A stretch of 64,000 nucleotides of DNA from NCBI RefSeq assembly GCF_009914755.1, contig NC_060944.1. The stretch is one strand, 5' to 3'. Numbering within the stretch: position 1 is the first letter of the stretch; the number at the start of each line of letters is the position of its first letter. Below the pieces are notes generated by a model. It was not told the DNA's origin. It did not search any database and worked only from the letters and a program-made list of their open reading frames with translations. Position numbers and translations under genes: made by a program. This DNA comes from the human T2T-CHM13v2.0 reference genome, Homo sapiens. This document shows positions 56,857-64,000 of the stretch, piece after piece.

Positions 56857-57225
56857 TGTGAACAAAATTTCTTAGAAAAGGAATTTGGAGGAAAGATACT
56901 TATTCCAGTGAAAAGTTTGCAAACTGGGAAGACACACCCTGCATGTAAAATGAAGATGCTTTCCAGAGAACAAAGGGAAAGCCCAGGTTTTATAGCAAAA
57001 CTTCCCACCCCAGTTCCCAATTAGGTCCATTTATGCAAATGAAGGATTCAAACTTGCTTTGTTCTGATTAGTCAATACAGTTGAGCCCTGATTGGTCAAG
57101 GCAGATGACCTCTGATTGGTTGGTTCAGGTGAGAGCTGTAAGTCCCAAAGTTAAAAAAGTGTGAGCATTCTGGGAATGCAGAGTACACGTATAACCTCTA
57201 GTCAGCAAATGGCTGCTTGGCTGTA
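56857..57225 (-). mobile_element. ERV1-type solo LTR with CCAAT, octamer and TATA motifs
   Basis: ATTGG at 57091 and 57115; ATGCAAAT at 57033; TTTTATA at 56988. Confidence 0.55.
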
Positions 57226-57499
57226 TTTTATATTTTATTTTATTTATTTTATTTTATTTTATTTTATTTTATTTTATTTTATTTATTTTGAGATGGAATC
57301 TCACTCCGTTGCCCAGGCTGGAGTGCAGTGGTGCAGTCTCAGCTCACTGCAACCTCTGCCGCCTGGGTTGAAGCGATTCTGCCGCCTGGGTTCAAGCAAT
57401 TCTCCTGCCTCAGCCTCCCCAGTAGCTGGGATTACAGGTGCCTGCCACTGCGCCCAGAAAATAGCGGGAAAGGGGGACATCAAAATGTCCACATTCCCA

Positions 57500-62240
<4,741 letters not shown>

Positions 62241-62247
62241 ATTACAG

Positions 62248-62372
62248 GCCAGGTGCAGTGGCTCACACCTATAATCCCAACATTTTGGGAGTCCAAGGCA
62301 GGAGGATCACTTGAGCTCAGGAGTTCAAGACTAGCCTGGCCAACATAGCAAGACCCCATCTCTACGAAAAAA
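62248..62372 (+). mobile_element. Alu monomer (FLAM-like)
   Basis: Left-arm Alu only. Confidence 0.8.
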
Positions 62373-62654
62373 ATGTTCAACTTGAGGCAGCTGATGGAAA
62401 AATATAAATATAACAAAATTAATTGAGATTTGTTGTATTGCCTAGCACATGTGTATTCTTGAGAATGTTCAATGGGTGCTCGAGAAGAGTGTATTCTACT
62501 GTTGCTGGGAGTTGGGGGATGTCCATAGATTTGTTAAGCCAACATATTTATAATAGCTGCTGTGAACCCTGTGTCTGCTAAGTCTAACATCTGGGTGCCC
62601 TCAGAGATTTTGTGTATTGACTGCTTTTTTCTATATATGAGTCATACTTTCCTG

Positions 62655-62667
62655 GTGTGCGTGTGCA

Positions 62668-62709
<42 letters not shown>

Positions 62710-62714
62710 GAGAG
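62655..62714 (+). repeat. Compound (TG)n(GA)n microsatellite
   Basis: Direct inspection. Confidence 0.9.
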
Positions 62715-64000
62715 GGGGTTTCATGCCTCTTAATTTTTTGTGGAAGACTGGACATGTTACGTAATATATTGTTGCAACTCTGAATTCTGATTTCCCCAGG
62801 AGGGGTGGTTGTTACTGCTGTTATTTGGCTTTTTGCTTCCTGGATTTGGCTGGATTAATTCTGTGGAACCTATTTCCCTAGCCCTGGGTGAGGGCTGATG
62901 TCTCTGTGGGTTGTTTTGTTTGTTTGTTTGTTTTTAATTCTTGTTTTTATTATTGTCTGACTTCCTAGAAGTCACCCCCGAATCAGCATATGATTAGTCA
63001 GAGGTTGTGCTTGTGATTAAGCACAAGGGGACTTGAGCACATAAGCCTTCCATCCTTTGGTAGATTTTCTTAAATTAATGGTCCTCGATTTGTTGTGTGT
63101 AATTTAATAAATCCAAAATGGAATTCCTTGTCCCCTTTCACGGGGGAATTCTTGCCCCCTTTCACTGTCAAAGAAAACTCTATCATTTTAGCTTTTTAGG
63201 TCCAAACCCTTGAATTATTCTTTATCCCTGTTTTTCTCCCTCACCTCATTAAATCCAACTTCAAATCCTGCCAGTTTGACCTTCAAGAGGTACCCAGAAT
63301 TCATCTGTCTCTCAACACCACCAACAACCACAGCCTGATCCAAGCCCCCATCATCTGTTGCTTGCAATATGACCGTAGCCTCCTCACTGGTCTCACCGCT
63401 TCTGCTCCTACCTCACTTTCTGTCCCTTCTCCTCCTTTTAAGCAGCCACGGGGAGCTTCTGAAAAAATCTAAGTCACATCATATCATTCCTTTGCTCAAA
63501 TCCCCTCCATGGATGACCCCTCTCACTCAGTGAAAACAAATGTTCTCCAGGAACCCTGGATCCTCTCTGACTTCATCTCCTACCCTTTATTCTCTTGCTC
63601 CTTTAACGCCAGAGTGACTGTATCAGTCAGGGTCTACTAAGATAGAAACCATACAGTAATTTGTGGGAGGGAAATTTAATATAGAGAATTATTTACCATA
63701 ACAGGGAGTTGGAGGAATTGGAAGGTGTTGAGGTGAAAATAAAAATACAGAGATGAATCTCTACACTTAAAACATTTTATTTGGAAAGCAAGAATTGCAA
63801 CTCAGGACACACACATAGACCAGGATGTCTTCAGTATGTCCAAAGAACAAAGAGAAGGTTGGGAGTTTAACTGGAAAAAGTAACGTTATGTACCGTTTTG
63901 AAAGAAAGTTCATTGGCATTAGAGATTTGGGAGCTGGCAAGCTCTGACTGGTGAGTGGCAGCTGTGGGTAAAACCAGTCTTAGAGGCGTGGCACGTTATT

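Noticed and set aside
63120-63165. Short tandem duplication ggaattc(c)ttg(t/c)cccctttcac
   Set aside because: Two copies of about 22 bp is ordinary slippage with no further support.

Overview
Primate genomic DNA, almost certainly human (chr20p13). The window carries coding exons 2-13 of TGM6 (transglutaminase 6, the SCA35 gene) on the + strand, from 6822 to the stop codon ending at 45004. Exon 1, which supplies ATG GCA G, lies upstream of the window. The exons I can see total 2114 nt; adding the 7 nt from exon 1 gives 2121 nt, or 706 aa, with an intact Cys274-His333-Asp356 triad and Val at codon 58. The rest is repeat-dense intronic and downstream DNA: about 37 Alu copies, old L1 and L2, MIR, MER82, MER5A, MER58A, an apparently full-length Tigger1, an HSMAR2 mariner and several solo LTRs. 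Repeat family names come from memory of consensus sequences and were not searched. I found no second protein-coding gene. The best candidates for undescribed biology are RNA-level: a perfect 16-bp hairpin burying the 5' splice site of the catalytic-cysteine exon; a tract of about 45 YCAY (NOVA-type) motifs just downstream of alternatively spliced exon 12; the first strong poly(A) hexamers after the stop lying inside a mariner that also holds inverted Alus; a 15 x 61-bp VNTR that multiplies an LTR TATA box; and several local templated duplications. All functional readings are hypotheses.
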